From: an uncultured Ectothiorhodospiraceae bacterium
GTDB taxonomy: Bacteria > Pseudomonadota > Gammaproteobacteria > UBA9214
Assembly: GCA_964443845.1 (NCBI GenBank)
Contig: CAYUFA010000004.1
Location: 2,706 to 62,996, forward strand
Reading direction: 5' to 3'
Length of the DNA stretch: 60,291 bases
Below the pieces are notes generated by a model. That model made no database searches and was not told the origin of the DNA. It saw only the letters and a program-made list of their open reading frames with translations. How positions within the stretch are numbered: position 1 is the stretch's first letter; the number at the start of each line of letters is the position of its first letter. Position numbers and translations under genes: made by a program. Below, piece by piece: positions 44,895-54,207 of this stretch.

Positions 44895-47153
44895 CTAGCG
44901 GGAATGGCGTCGCGTGGAAAGCATGTGGTTGAAACTGTCGTCCGGGAGGGGTTTGCTGATGTGAAATCCCTGCGCGGTGTCGCACCCCAGGCTGACCAGC
45001 AGGTTCCAGGCATTGCTGCTTTCCACCCCCTCCGCCACCACCTTGTAACCAAGGTTGTGGCCCAGGTCGATGATGGACCTGACGATGGCGATGTCCTGCT
45101 GGTCGAAGGCCACGTGGGTGATGAACGACCGGTCAATCTTGAGTGTGTGTATCGGCAATTTTTTCAGGTAGGAAAGCGAGGAATATCCGGTACCGAAATC
45201 ATCAATGGCAATAGTCACGCCCAGGTCACTCAGCCGAGACAAAACCTCCACGGCTCGGTCGGTATCCTGCATAAGGGTTGCCTCGGTGATTTCAATCTCC
45301 AGCAGGTCACCTTGCACCCCGGCCTCTTCCAGGGCAGCGCGGGTCCTGTCAGGCAGGCGTGGATTCTGGAATGATCGAGCGGACACATTCACCGAGACAC
45401 GGATTTCCAGCCCGCATTGCTGCCATTCCCTGCACTGGCGCAGGGCGGTCACCAGTACCCAGTTGGTAATCGGTGTCATCATCCCGAGCTGCTCGGCAAC
45501 CGGTATGATGCGGTTTGGCATGATGATGCCTTCGGAAGGATGCGCCCAGCGCAGCAATGCCTCGGCTCCGGTGATCCCTGACGTATGGAGATCCACCTGC
45601 GGCTGGTAATGCAGCTCGAATTCATTGTTTTCCAGAGCGGTGCGTAACTGGCCCGAATAGCGCACCTGCTGGATCGAACTGATATCGCTGACCGGGTCGA
45701 AGAACTGGCAGGGAAGTCCGTTACGCTTGGCACGATGCATGGCACTTTCTGCATTGGTCAACAGCGCATCTTCCGTCACCCCGTCCTCGGGAAAACAGGC
45801 GATCCCGAGCGTCAGGCTTACGCACAGCTGCTTGCCGCTGCAGGCAAACGGAATGTCAAAGCTGTCCAGTATCTTGGTAATAACGCGGTCGGTTGCTTCC
45901 TTTACGTTGCTGACAGGCTGCAGCAGGATTCCGAACTGATCGCCGCCCAGCCGCGCCAGCGAGTCCGATTCGCGCACCATGGACCCGAGGCGGACGGCGA
46001 TGTCCCGCAACAGGGCATCCCCGACCGCGATGCCCAGGGTGTCGTTGTACATCTTGAACTGGTTGATATCCAGCGATATCACCACCACCCTCGAGCCAGG
46101 CACCCGGCGTGATGCTGCCAGCGCATGGTTCAGGTGTTCGGTCCACAACGCCCGGTTGGGGAGCCCGGTCAGGCGGTCCGTGGTTGCCAGTTTCTGCAGC
46201 TGCAGCCGTTCGTTGATCTGGTGGTTTACATCCTCCAGCACACAGTGGACAGTGGAAATCTTTCCCAGCCGGTTTATGGAGGGGTGCATCGACAACCGGT
46301 ACCAGCGCAACTCGCCACCTGCCAGCGCCATGCGGGCCTCGGCATGGCCGGCACGCCCGCTTACCGCATCCTGCCAGCACGACAACAGCTGCTGGCGGTC
46401 TTCGGCGTGGACGGCATCGAGAACAGGAATCGGCGCCGTCAGCACGCCGTCATACAGGGTACGAAACGGGTAGTTTGCATAGCTGACCCGGTTATCCCGG
46501 ACATCGATACTCCACAGGTATTGCGGAATGCTGGACAGGATATCCTCGGATTCGGCCAGCCGCGCAGCAAGATGCGCGGACTCCTGGAGCATATTGAGGT
46601 GCATATCGCCCCAGAACGCTTCCAGGGTCACTCCGAGATCACGCAGCAAGATCCGCGTCAGGCAGTTCTCCAGCACCGACCCGTCCGCCGCAGGCAGTTC
46701 CTGACCCTGGAGTATGCGCTGCAGGTATTCCAGCAGGAGATTGTACGCACCGATAATCCAGGCGGGTTTGAATCCCTGCTGCCGGTAGGTCGCCCCCGCG
46801 TCCCGCAACGCGGATTCGTGGGTCGTACTGTCGCCTTCATTCAGGCTGACCAGCAACGACTGCAGGCAGGAGCGTGCAAACATGCCCACATCGCCGCCGT
46901 TGCGTTCAAAGTTGTAGAGGACCTCGGCGATGTCCGGATGGTCGAACAGGTAGTTGTAGAAAACCACCGCAAAACCTGCACTACACCCTGCCAGGACCTC
47001 GCGCTGTCGCTCCAGCGCCGCATGCTCCGTGGCAGTCAGGTTGAGGATGTAATTGTATTCCCGGAACAGGGGGTCTTTCTGGACGCCACCGTGCTCCTCA
47101 GCGGATGGACGCCCGCCAGCTGTCTCGCCCGACTCTCGATCGCTGTCTGTCAT
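44895..47153 (-). CDS. Globin(protoglobin-like)-PAS-GGDEF(degenerate)-EAL protein, probable c-di-GMP phosphodiesterase
   Basis: N-terminal FYNYL...GFKPAWIIGAY globin-sensor pattern; PAS (VHAEDR); DRLTGLPNR, GGDQF; intact EALLRW, DDFGTGYSS, AEGVE. Confidence 0.9.
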   Translation of the reverse strand: MTDSDRESGETAGGRPSAEEHGGVQKDPLFREYNYILNLTATEHAALERQREVLAGCSAGFAVVFYNYLFDHPDIAEVLYNFERNGGDVGMFARSCLQSLLVSLNEGDSTTHESALRDAGATYRQQGFKPAWIIGAYNLLLEYLQRILQGQELPAADGSVLENCLTRILLRDLGVTLEAFWGDMHLNMLQESAHLAARLAESEDILSSIPQYLWSIDVRDNRVSYANYPFRTLYDGVLTAPIPVLDAVHAEDRQQLLSCWQDAVSGRAGHAEARMALAGGELRWYRLSMHPSINRLGKISTVHCVLEDVNHQINERLQLQKLATTDRLTGLPNRALWTEHLNHALAASRRVPGSRVVVISLDINQFKMYNDTLGIAVGDALLRDIAVRLGSMVRESDSLARLGGDQFGILLQPVSNVKEATDRVITKILDSFDIPFACSGKQLCVSLTLGIACFPEDGVTEDALLTNAESAMHRAKRNGLPCQFFDPVSDISSIQQVRYSGQLRTALENNEFELHYQPQVDLHTSGITGAEALLRWAHPSEGIIMPNRIIPVAEQLGMMTPITNWVLVTALRQCREWQQCGLEIRVSVNVSARSFQNPRLPDRTRAALEEAGVQGDLLEIEITEATLMQDTDRAVEVLSRLSDLGVTIAIDDFGTGYSSLSYLKKLPIHTLKIDRSFITHVAFDQQDIAIVRSIIDLGHNLGYKVVAEGVESSNAWNLLVSLGCDTAQGFHISKPLPDDSFNHMLSTRRHSR

Positions 47154-47430
47154 CGTTGATACACGATTTGTTTATTATCGTGGCCACATTGCGTACAGGC
47201 CGCGTATTCATCTGCCCCCCGGCCATTCTCACCCGAAATGCCGGCGCATGACACGATCACTACAGGAACAGTCTGCTGCTGCACGGCCCCCCGTGACAGT
47301 ATTATTTCAGCATTATATTTTGTATGGAATCTAGCACAGCCCCGGCACCAAATAAAGTGTCCCGGCTGTCTGACGGCGCCAGCAACCCGGGCACCGCCCG
47401 ACGGTAAGGGCAGCGGAACCCGCCGTTGGA

Positions 47431-48855
47431 TCACTGCGGTCGCTGCATACCGTACTTGCGCAGTTTCTCGACCAGGGTGGTACGGCGCATGCCGAGCTTT
47501 CTGGCGGCATGGGCAACTACACCGCCGGAGTCCTCCAGGGCCTGCCGGATATAGTTGATTTCCAGGATGCTGAGGTGTTCCTTGAGGTTCATTCCGTTGC
47601 GTGGCAATCTCGGGCTGAGATCGCCGGGGATCGGCCGTGAACCGACCATCGCATCCACCAGACGATCGGCGTTTTCATCGTCCAGGCCGGCATGGAATTT
47701 TTCCGGCAAGTCGGTGGCTTCCACCACACCGTAGGGATGCAGTATCGCCAGGCGTTCGATCAGGTTCGCCAGTTCCCGTACGTTGCCGGGCCAGTGATAC
47801 TGGCACAGGGCATGGATCGCTCCCGGTGACAGGCGCACCGAACCCCGTTTTTCGTGCTCGATCCTGCGTACCAGCTCATTCACCAGCAGGGGAATGTCTT
47901 CCAGCCGGTCCGCGAGTGACGGCATTTCGATCGGAAATACGTTCAGGCGGTAGTACAGATCTTCGCGAAACGCTCCCTGTCGAATGGCCTCTTCCAGGTT
48001 TTTATGAGTGGCTGCAATTATGCGCACGTCCGTGGTGCGGGACTGGTTCGACCCGACCCGTTCGAAGGTACGCTCCTGCAGGACCCGCAGGATCTTGACC
48101 TGCATCTGCAGACTCATATCGCCGATCTCATCCAGAAACAGCGTGCCGCCCTCCGCCATTTCAAAACGGCCCTGCCGGTCGTTGATGGCCCCCGTGAAAG
48201 CGCCTTTCTGATGACCGAACAGTTCCGATTCGAGCAGGTCCGCGGGAATCGCGCCGCAGTTGACCGGTACGAAGGGACGCTCACGCCGGGACGAGTAATA
48301 GTGGAGATTGCGCGCCACTACTTCCTTCCCGGTACCGGACTCGCCCAGGATCAGCACATTTGCATCACTGTCGGCAACCTGCTCGATCAGTTTGCGGACT
48401 TGCTGGATGGCACGGCTGCTGCCCACGAGACTGCGGAACAGGTCGACGGGACGCTGATGACTGTTTTCGGTCCGGTGGTTTTCGATGAACACCTCGGCCT
48501 GATGCAGGGCGCTCGTCAGCTGGGCATAGTTTGGTGGAAGTTCAAGGCGCCCGAGAATACAGGAACCGGGGTCAATCCTCAGGGTTGGCTCGGCACCTTT
48601 TCTGGACAGCAGGTATACCGGCAACTGGTCATTCAGGTTGTGGATATCGCCGAGTGTGGTGGTCAGTTTCTGCTCCGAACCGCAATCACCGACCAGAACC
48701 GCCAGAAGATCGTCCTTGTCCTGCACCAGCGAGTGCCAGTCGTCCTGTCCATCCGTCTGCAGCACAGCGTAGTTGATGAACTTGAGGACGGCATTCAGTT
48801 CCTTGCTGATATCCGGACCGGTACCGACAATCAGAACCTTGGGTTCAGTATGCAT
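47431..48855 (-). CDS. fleQ: sigma54-dependent regulator FleQ/FlrA
   Basis: Non-phosphorylatable REC-like N-domain, [37 protein letters not shown]. Confidence 0.9.
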   Translation of the reverse strand: MHTEPKVLIVGTGPDISKELNAVLKFINYAVLQTDGQDDWHSLVQDKDDLLAVLVGDCGSEQKLTTTLGDIHNLNDQLPVYLLSRKGAEPTLRIDPGSCILGRLELPPNYAQLTSALHQAEVFIENHRTENSHQRPVDLFRSLVGSSRAIQQVRKLIEQVADSDANVLILGESGTGKEVVARNLHYYSSRRERPFVPVNCGAIPADLLESELFGHQKGAFTGAINDRQGRFEMAEGGTLFLDEIGDMSLQMQVKILRVLQERTFERVGSNQSRTTDVRIIAATHKNLEEAIRQGAFREDLYYRLNVFPIEMPSLADRLEDIPLLVNELVRRIEHEKRGSVRLSPGAIHALCQYHWPGNVRELANLIERLAILHPYGVVEATDLPEKFHAGLDDENADRLVDAMVGSRPIPGDLSPRLPRNGMNLKEHLSILEINYIRQALEDSGGVVAHAARKLGMRRTTLVEKLRKYGMQRPQ

Positions 48856-49177
48856 TCGAATATCCCGCTCGAATTCTGGTGACACGCCGGAGGATTATTA
48901 TAAAAACCGGACAAACTTGAAAGAATTATTTTCCCCCCTTCCCGTCATGGATGTTACCCAGCGAAATGCCGGATTGTCAAAAAACAGAAATGCGGAAAAT
49001 GCAGTGGCAAAGCGGCGGCTGCAAGCTGTATCTCAGGCAGATACGGGACCTGCAAACCAGCCGGATCAATGGCCTGCGTGAAGGCGCGCACCCGGCGCAT
49101 GGACCCGCTCGCGCAGCGGCGGGGGCAAGCTGCAGACCCGGCCTGTCGAGAATGTGCACAGCCACGCAAAAAACCCC

Positions 49178-49204
49178 TAAAAACCCTCCCGGGAAGGACG
49201 ATAG
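49178..49204 (+). promoter_or_regulatory. sigma28 (FliA) promoter of flgM-like gene
   Basis: TAAA-N15-GACGATAG. Confidence 0.65.
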
Positions 49205-49271
49205 AAGGAACGTAGGAAACAGCACAAGTCATCACCTGGCAACTGCTCTCACCCAGGAAGCATACCGGAAC

Positions 49272-49448
49272 ATGCAGCCAGACTATTTTGCTTACGATGC
49301 CCGCACACTGTCACGAATCAGGACACTGCGAGATCAAATCCATCGTGACGAGTACCCGCTGGACGCGATACAGGTTGCAACCAAGTTCGTTGCCCTGGAG
49401 CGGATTCTGTGCGCCGCTGCGGGGCTCCGCCACCGGACAGACGGATAG
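49272..49448 (+). CDS. flgM: Mini FlgM-like anti-sigma28 factor (58 aa)
   Basis: [26 protein letters not shown] matches the FlgM C-terminal sigma28-binding helices (ik.aI..g.Y.id...iA.k); sigma28 promoter and AGGA RBS upstream. Confidence 0.6.
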   Translation: MQPDYFAYDARTLSRIRTLRDQIHRDEYPLDAIQVATKFVALERILCAAAGLRHRTDG

Positions 49449-49491
49449 CACCCGACCCCTTGCGCGTGTAGAATGGGCAGCCAGTTTGTCC

Positions 49492-49567
49492 GGGGCCGTA
49501 GCTCAGCTGGGAGAGCGCTTCGTTCGCAATGAAGAGGTCGGGAGTTCGATCCTCCTCGGCTCCACCA
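49492..49567 (+). tRNA. tRNA-Ala(CGC)
   Basis: GGGGCCGTAGCTCAGCTGGGAGAGC; anticodon arm CTTCG-TTCGCAA-TGAAG; G3:U70; CCA end. Confidence 0.96.
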
Positions 49568-49589
49568 ACTCAAACGTTGTCCTGATCCT

Positions 49590-49666
49590 GCCCCGGTAGC
49601 TCAGCTGGATAGAGCGGGCGCCTCCTAAGCGCCAGGTCGGACGTTCAAATCGTCTCCGGGGCACCA
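49590..49666 (+). tRNA. tRNA-Arg(CCT)
   Basis: GCCCCGGTAGCTCAGCTGGATAGAGC; anticodon arm GGCGC-CTCCTAA-GCGCC; CCA end. Confidence 0.96.
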
Positions 49667-49830
49667 ACCACGCCAGGCCGCCGACGCGGCACCTGTATCT
49701 GGCAGGGCCGGTCTTGCGTCATGCCACCCCTTCCCGGGCAGCCGACTGTGCCCGGCTCCGGATCCTGGCATGCAGCAGGTTTCCCGACCGGCGTACCGGA
49801 ACGTCAAATTGCCGCCACCCGGATCGCTGC

Positions 49831-52017
49831 CTAAACCTTGCGCCGTGCCGAGATCACGTTGGGTAACTGGGCAATCCGGTACAACACCCGGCTGAGCTGG
49901 CCGATGTCTCCGATTTCCAGCGTCAGCTGCATGCGGGCAATTCCGTCGCGTTCGTCGGTCAAGGTGTTGACGCTGGTCAGATTGAGCTTTTCGTTGGCCA
50001 GCAAGGCAGTAATGTCACGCAGTAGTCCGGAGCGGTCGTACGCCTCCACCAGGATGTCCACGAGGTAACCGGAGTCCGCCTGCTCGCCCCAGTTCACCTC
50101 GATCAGCCGTCTTCGATCCTCGCCCTGCAGGCGCAGGATGTTGCCACAATCCTGCCGGTGGACGGTGACGCCCCGTCCCCGGGTGATATAGCCGATGATC
50201 GGGTCGTTCGGCACCGGCTTGCAGCATTTCGCAGTGGTTGTCAGCAGGTTGCCGACCCCCTGGATATTGAAAGCACCGTCGGCCCCGGAACGGCCCCTGC
50301 CGGCAGCGCGCGGCGTGCGCGGCCGTAACATCTCCTCACGCGGCACAAGGTCGGCAACCGCACCGGCCAACTGCCCGGCAGAGATGTCGCCGCTGCCCAG
50401 GCCGGCCAGCAGTTCCTCCACCTTGCGAAACCCCAGCCGCCCGGCAAGCCGTTCCACTGCCAGCCCGCTCACACCAAGCCGGTGCATTTCGCGGTCGAGG
50501 ATGCCACGGCCTGCAGCGATATTGTGCTCATAATCCTGGTGCCTGAACCAGGCCCGTACCCGGGAACGGGCCCGCGAGGTCACCAGATATCCCTGGTGTG
50601 AATTCAGCCAGTCCCGGCTTGGCCGGCCCTGTTTCGTGGTCAGCACCTCGACCTGCTCCCCGTTCTTCAGCTGGTAGGTGAGTGGCACAATGCGGCCGTC
50701 GACCTTCGCACCGCGGCAGCGATGGCCGATCTCGGTATGGACCGCATAGGCAAAATCCAGTGGCGTGGCACCCTGGGGCAGGTCGATGATCCTGCCCTGC
50801 GGTGTCAACACGTAGACCCGCTCCTGGAACGCCTCGGACTTGAAACGGTCGACAAAATCGTTGGCGCTGTGCTCCTCGTCATGCCATTCGAGCAGCTGTC
50901 TGAGCCAGGCGATTTTCTCCTCATAACCGGCGTCAAACTCCCCGCTCTCCTTGTAGCGCCAGTGTGCTGCCACGCCCAGTTCGGCATGGCGGTGCATATC
51001 GCGGGTTCTGATCTGCACCTCGAGCGTGCGGCCTTCCGGACCAATGACCGCCGTATGCAGGGACCGATACAGATTCTCCTTGGGGTTGGCGATGTAGTCA
51101 TCGAATTCCTTCGGGATGTGCCGCCACAGGCCATGCACCACGCCGAGTGCGGCATAACAGTCCTTTTCCGTGTCCACCAGGATGCGCACGGCGCGGGTAT
51201 CGAAAATCTGGTCAAAGTCCAGGCGCTTGCGCTGCATCTTGCGCCAGATGCTGTTGATGTGCTTGGGCCGGCCGCTCACCGAAGCGGCCACACCGGCCTT
51301 CATCAGCTGCTGTTGCAGCAGGGAAATGACCCGCTCGATGTAACGTTCGCGGTCCGCACGCTTTTCCGCCAGCTGGGCAGCCAGCGACTGGTAGGCTTCC
51401 GGTTCCAGATAGCGCAGGGCAAGGTCTTCCAGTTCCCACTTGATCTGCCAGATACCCAGGCGGTTGGCCAGCGGTGCATAGATGTCGAGCGTCTCCCGGG
51501 CAATCCGGCGCTGCCGTTCCGGGTCCAGGTGTTGCAGGGTCCGCATGTTATGCAGCCGGTCCGCCAGCTTGATCAGTACCACGCGCACGTCTTCCGCCAT
51601 CGCAAGCAGCAGCTTGCGCAGGCTCTCCGCCTGGGGATGGTTCCCCTTGTCCACCAGGCCGGCTTGCTGGTACTCGCCGATCTTTTCCATCTTGGTGACG
51701 CCATCGACCATGCGGCTGACTTCCTCGCCGTACTCGTCGCGGATGGCCTCCAGCGTGACATCGGTATCCTCGACGACATCGTGCAGGATTGCCGCCACCA
51801 GGGTTCTGGTGTCGAGATGGAGACTGTCGAGTATCTCGCTGACCGCCAGCGCGTGCAGATGGTAGGGTTCACCGGAGGCCCGCAACTGCCCCTGATGGGC
51901 CTTGAGCGCCGTTTGCCAGGCGCGTTGCAGTAACGCCCGCTCCGGTTCGGCACGGCCGGACAGCAGCGGCTGTATGTCTGTAACCGGCTGATTTTCCGAT
52001 TGGCCCGGGGAGTTCAT
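49831..52017 (-). CDS. relA: (p)ppGpp synthetase RelA-type long RSH
   Basis: APLANRLGIWQIKWELED, EFDDYIANPK (RelA-type EXDD), TGS, CCKP, C-terminal ACT. Confidence 0.92.
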   Translation of the reverse strand: MNSPGQSENQPVTDIQPLLSGRAEPERALLQRAWQTALKAHQGQLRASGEPYHLHALAVSEILDSLHLDTRTLVAAILHDVVEDTDVTLEAIRDEYGEEVSRMVDGVTKMEKIGEYQQAGLVDKGNHPQAESLRKLLLAMAEDVRVVLIKLADRLHNMRTLQHLDPERQRRIARETLDIYAPLANRLGIWQIKWELEDLALRYLEPEAYQSLAAQLAEKRADRERYIERVISLLQQQLMKAGVAASVSGRPKHINSIWRKMQRKRLDFDQIFDTRAVRILVDTEKDCYAALGVVHGLWRHIPKEFDDYIANPKENLYRSLHTAVIGPEGRTLEVQIRTRDMHRHAELGVAAHWRYKESGEFDAGYEEKIAWLRQLLEWHDEEHSANDFVDRFKSEAFQERVYVLTPQGRIIDLPQGATPLDFAYAVHTEIGHRCRGAKVDGRIVPLTYQLKNGEQVEVLTTKQGRPSRDWLNSHQGYLVTSRARSRVRAWFRHQDYEHNIAAGRGILDREMHRLGVSGLAVERLAGRLGFRKVEELLAGLGSGDISAGQLAGAVADLVPREEMLRPRTPRAAGRGRSGADGAFNIQGVGNLLTTTAKCCKPVPNDPIIGYITRGRGVTVHRQDCGNILRLQGEDRRRLIEVNWGEQADSGYLVDILVEAYDRSGLLRDITALLANEKLNLTSVNTLTDERDGIARMQLTLEIGDIGQLSRVLYRIAQLPNVISARRKV

Positions 52018-52452
52018 TCGCTTTGCCTGTCACATGGCCCGGGAACAAGGCCACCACAACCGCATTGTACCCGCCGTTCCTGACCTTGCAGCGTGTACGA
52101 ACAACCGACAACCACCGGTGTTCTGGCCAGGTGTTATAACGCTTTGTATTTGCAAGAAAGGAAGATGGATATCTCCGGAGCATGCCGGTGATTCCCTGTC
52201 GGGTTGTTTTGCATTTCGCTCACCTGTCCTCGGGGAATAGAGTCTATCCAACGGTTATGGTTCGATATCGGTGTCTTTTCCTGTCTGGATTTCAACACGG
52301 AGTTCGGCTCCAGCGGCAGCGGATATTTTTGGACATGGCTATGCGGGGATGCGTGCTTTGCGGGATGGGTGATCATTCCAGCTGTCGGAAGGCTCCTGGT
52401 CAAGCTATTCCAGCGCAACGCTCCCGGCCCCCGCTGCGGCCTGGTTTTCGGT

Positions 52453-52487
52453 TCCGGCCAGCTGGATCCGGCCAGCTGGATCCGGCC
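52453..52487. repeat. 14-bp tandem repeat (TCCGGCCAGCTGGA x2.5)
   Basis: Seen directly in the relA-dynamin intergenic region. Confidence 0.8.
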
Positions 52488-52551
52488 GGTGTAGGTACAG
52501 CGCAGCAAGGCGGCATAGCAGATCTATTCGCGTAATTACGCGTAATTAATG

Positions 52552-52579
52552 ATAAAGGCGGCTACATGGCCGCCTTTAT
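52552..52579 (-). terminator. Hairpin, probable terminator of the dynamin-like gene
   Basis: ATAAAGGCGGC-TACATG-GCCGCCTTTAT, 8 bp after the stop codon. Confidence 0.65.
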
Positions 52580-52587
52580 TGAGCCGC

Positions 52588-54108
52588 TTACCCGGGAGCA
52601 CGTTTCTCGGGGACGGCGCCGGCAGGCCCGTAGCGGTCCTGCACGTCCGGCTTCGGCGGCGCAACACTGCCGGGATGTTCACTCCTGGCCGCACCGGAAG
52701 GATTGGTAAAGCGGTCGTTCAGAATCTGTACGAAACGGTTGGCATCGGCGATCACGCGGTGCAGGCGATTCCGGTTCAGGCGATTCCAGCCCACCGGATG
52801 GCGCAAAAAGATACTGATCCATGGACGGGTATTGTGCAGGAACGCAAATTTCAGTCGCTCGGTCTCCATGCCTGGCGAGCGATCCCGCTCGATCATCCTG
52901 AGCAACCTGCGCGCGGCGAAGGCCCGGATCCGGAAATGCAACCAGCCAAACAGTGCGGTGCCGATCACAACCAGTCCCAGGTAGCCTGCCATCAGCCAGC
53001 CGGAACCCTGCCCTCCCGGATTGCCCGGGGCAAAGAACCGGCTGGCCAGTGCCAGTACCAGCACGAGCCCGACGGCAACCACGGCATCTCCCCACAGGAC
53101 GTGCCTGCGCCAGATCGTCCGGTACTCCGTGACCGCCGGTACGACCTTCTCCTCGATGTAATGGGAAAGTTTGTCCAGGGTCCCGGTAATCCGGTACGCT
53201 CGTTCCACGCTGACGCCCTGGATCCGCTGCTGGATATCCGCCAGATCGCGATCCCGCTTGGCCTCGTACCGCGCGCGGCGGGAATCGTCGGGAATCGCCA
53301 CGGCCACTTCCGGATTGTAGATGCAGTAAAAGCGCCCGGCGGTCAGCCCTTCCTGGGCCAGCGCCCGCTGCCAGGCCCCGACCACCTCTTCCGGGTTGTC
53401 GTCCCGCGCCGTCGTATCCATCTGGTTGAGTATGTACAGGAACTTGGTAGCGTCGGGGCGGCGGATGGTCTGGCCGACCAGGTGTCTGAGTGTATCCCGC
53501 ATGGCACCCGGCTCCGGATGGCGTGCATCGAAGAACACCAGCACCAGATCGGACAGGTCGATAATGTGATCCGTCAGGCGCAATGTTGCATCGCGCTGGG
53601 AATCGGCATCAAACCCGGGCGAATCGATGAGGATGCGCCCACTGAGCCGCTCGCACGGAATCGTCTTCAGTTGCAGGTAGGCATCGACCCTGCGTCCTTC
53701 CCCGCGGGCGACTTTCTCGATCTCTTCGCTGATCTGGTAAAACGGGAAACGGGGATCGGCGTCCAGGGCCGTCCCCGGCAATGCCTGCGCGTGCCGGCTG
53801 CTCCCGTAGCAGATCACGGTGAACTTGTCATCGACCGCCTGGTTGCCGGTCGACTGCAGTGTTTCGCCCAGGTAATGATTGATAAACGTGGACTTGCCGG
53901 CGGAAAACGTCCCCAGCACCGAGATCATCGGCCACCAGGAAATCTGCGTTGCAAAGGACTGTTCCGAATCCAGCAGCCCCATGGCGCGCCCGACCTGGTC
54001 AAGATGGCGGTAGCTATCCACCGCGGCAACCAGCACCGGGTTTTCCTGCTGCAGATGTTCCTCAAGACTGCGAAGACGTTGTTTGATGGCTTTTCCTGCG
54101 CCAGACAT
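52588..54108 (-). CDS. EHD/dynamin-like P-loop NTPase with two C-terminal TM helices
   Basis: G1 GTFSAGKS, G3 DSPG, G4 NQMD, LPGTALDADPRFPF loop similar to EHD PGNALVVDPxKPF; two hydrophobic helices. Confidence 0.85.
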   Translation of the reverse strand: MSGAGKAIKQRLRSLEEHLQQENPVLVAAVDSYRHLDQVGRAMGLLDSEQSFATQISWWPMISVLGTFSAGKSTFINHYLGETLQSTGNQAVDDKFTVICYGSSRHAQALPGTALDADPRFPFYQISEEIEKVARGEGRRVDAYLQLKTIPCERLSGRILIDSPGFDADSQRDATLRLTDHIIDLSDLVLVFFDARHPEPGAMRDTLRHLVGQTIRRPDATKFLYILNQMDTTARDDNPEEVVGAWQRALAQEGLTAGRFYCIYNPEVAVAIPDDSRRARYEAKRDRDLADIQQRIQGVSVERAYRITGTLDKLSHYIEEKVVPAVTEYRTIWRRHVLWGDAVVAVGLVLVLALASRFFAPGNPGGQGSGWLMAGYLGLVVIGTALFGWLHFRIRAFAARRLLRMIERDRSPGMETERLKFAFLHNTRPWISIFLRHPVGWNRLNRNRLHRVIADANRFVQILNDRFTNPSGAARSEHPGSVAPPKPDVQDRYGPAGAVPEKRAPG

Positions 54109-54207
54109 GGTTTTCTCCAGCCGCCATCCGTGGTTACCCGGGCACTGCCGCCTGCGGCTGACCGGCGGCGCCCGCGGAATGCCGGTCAGCCGGGAACGAT
54201 GTCCCGC

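Noticed and set aside
42430-49500. tRNA-anchored genomic island or prophage
   Set aside because: No integrase, no duplicated tRNA 3' end seen, and coding composition looks like the core; flanking by tRNAs alone is insufficient
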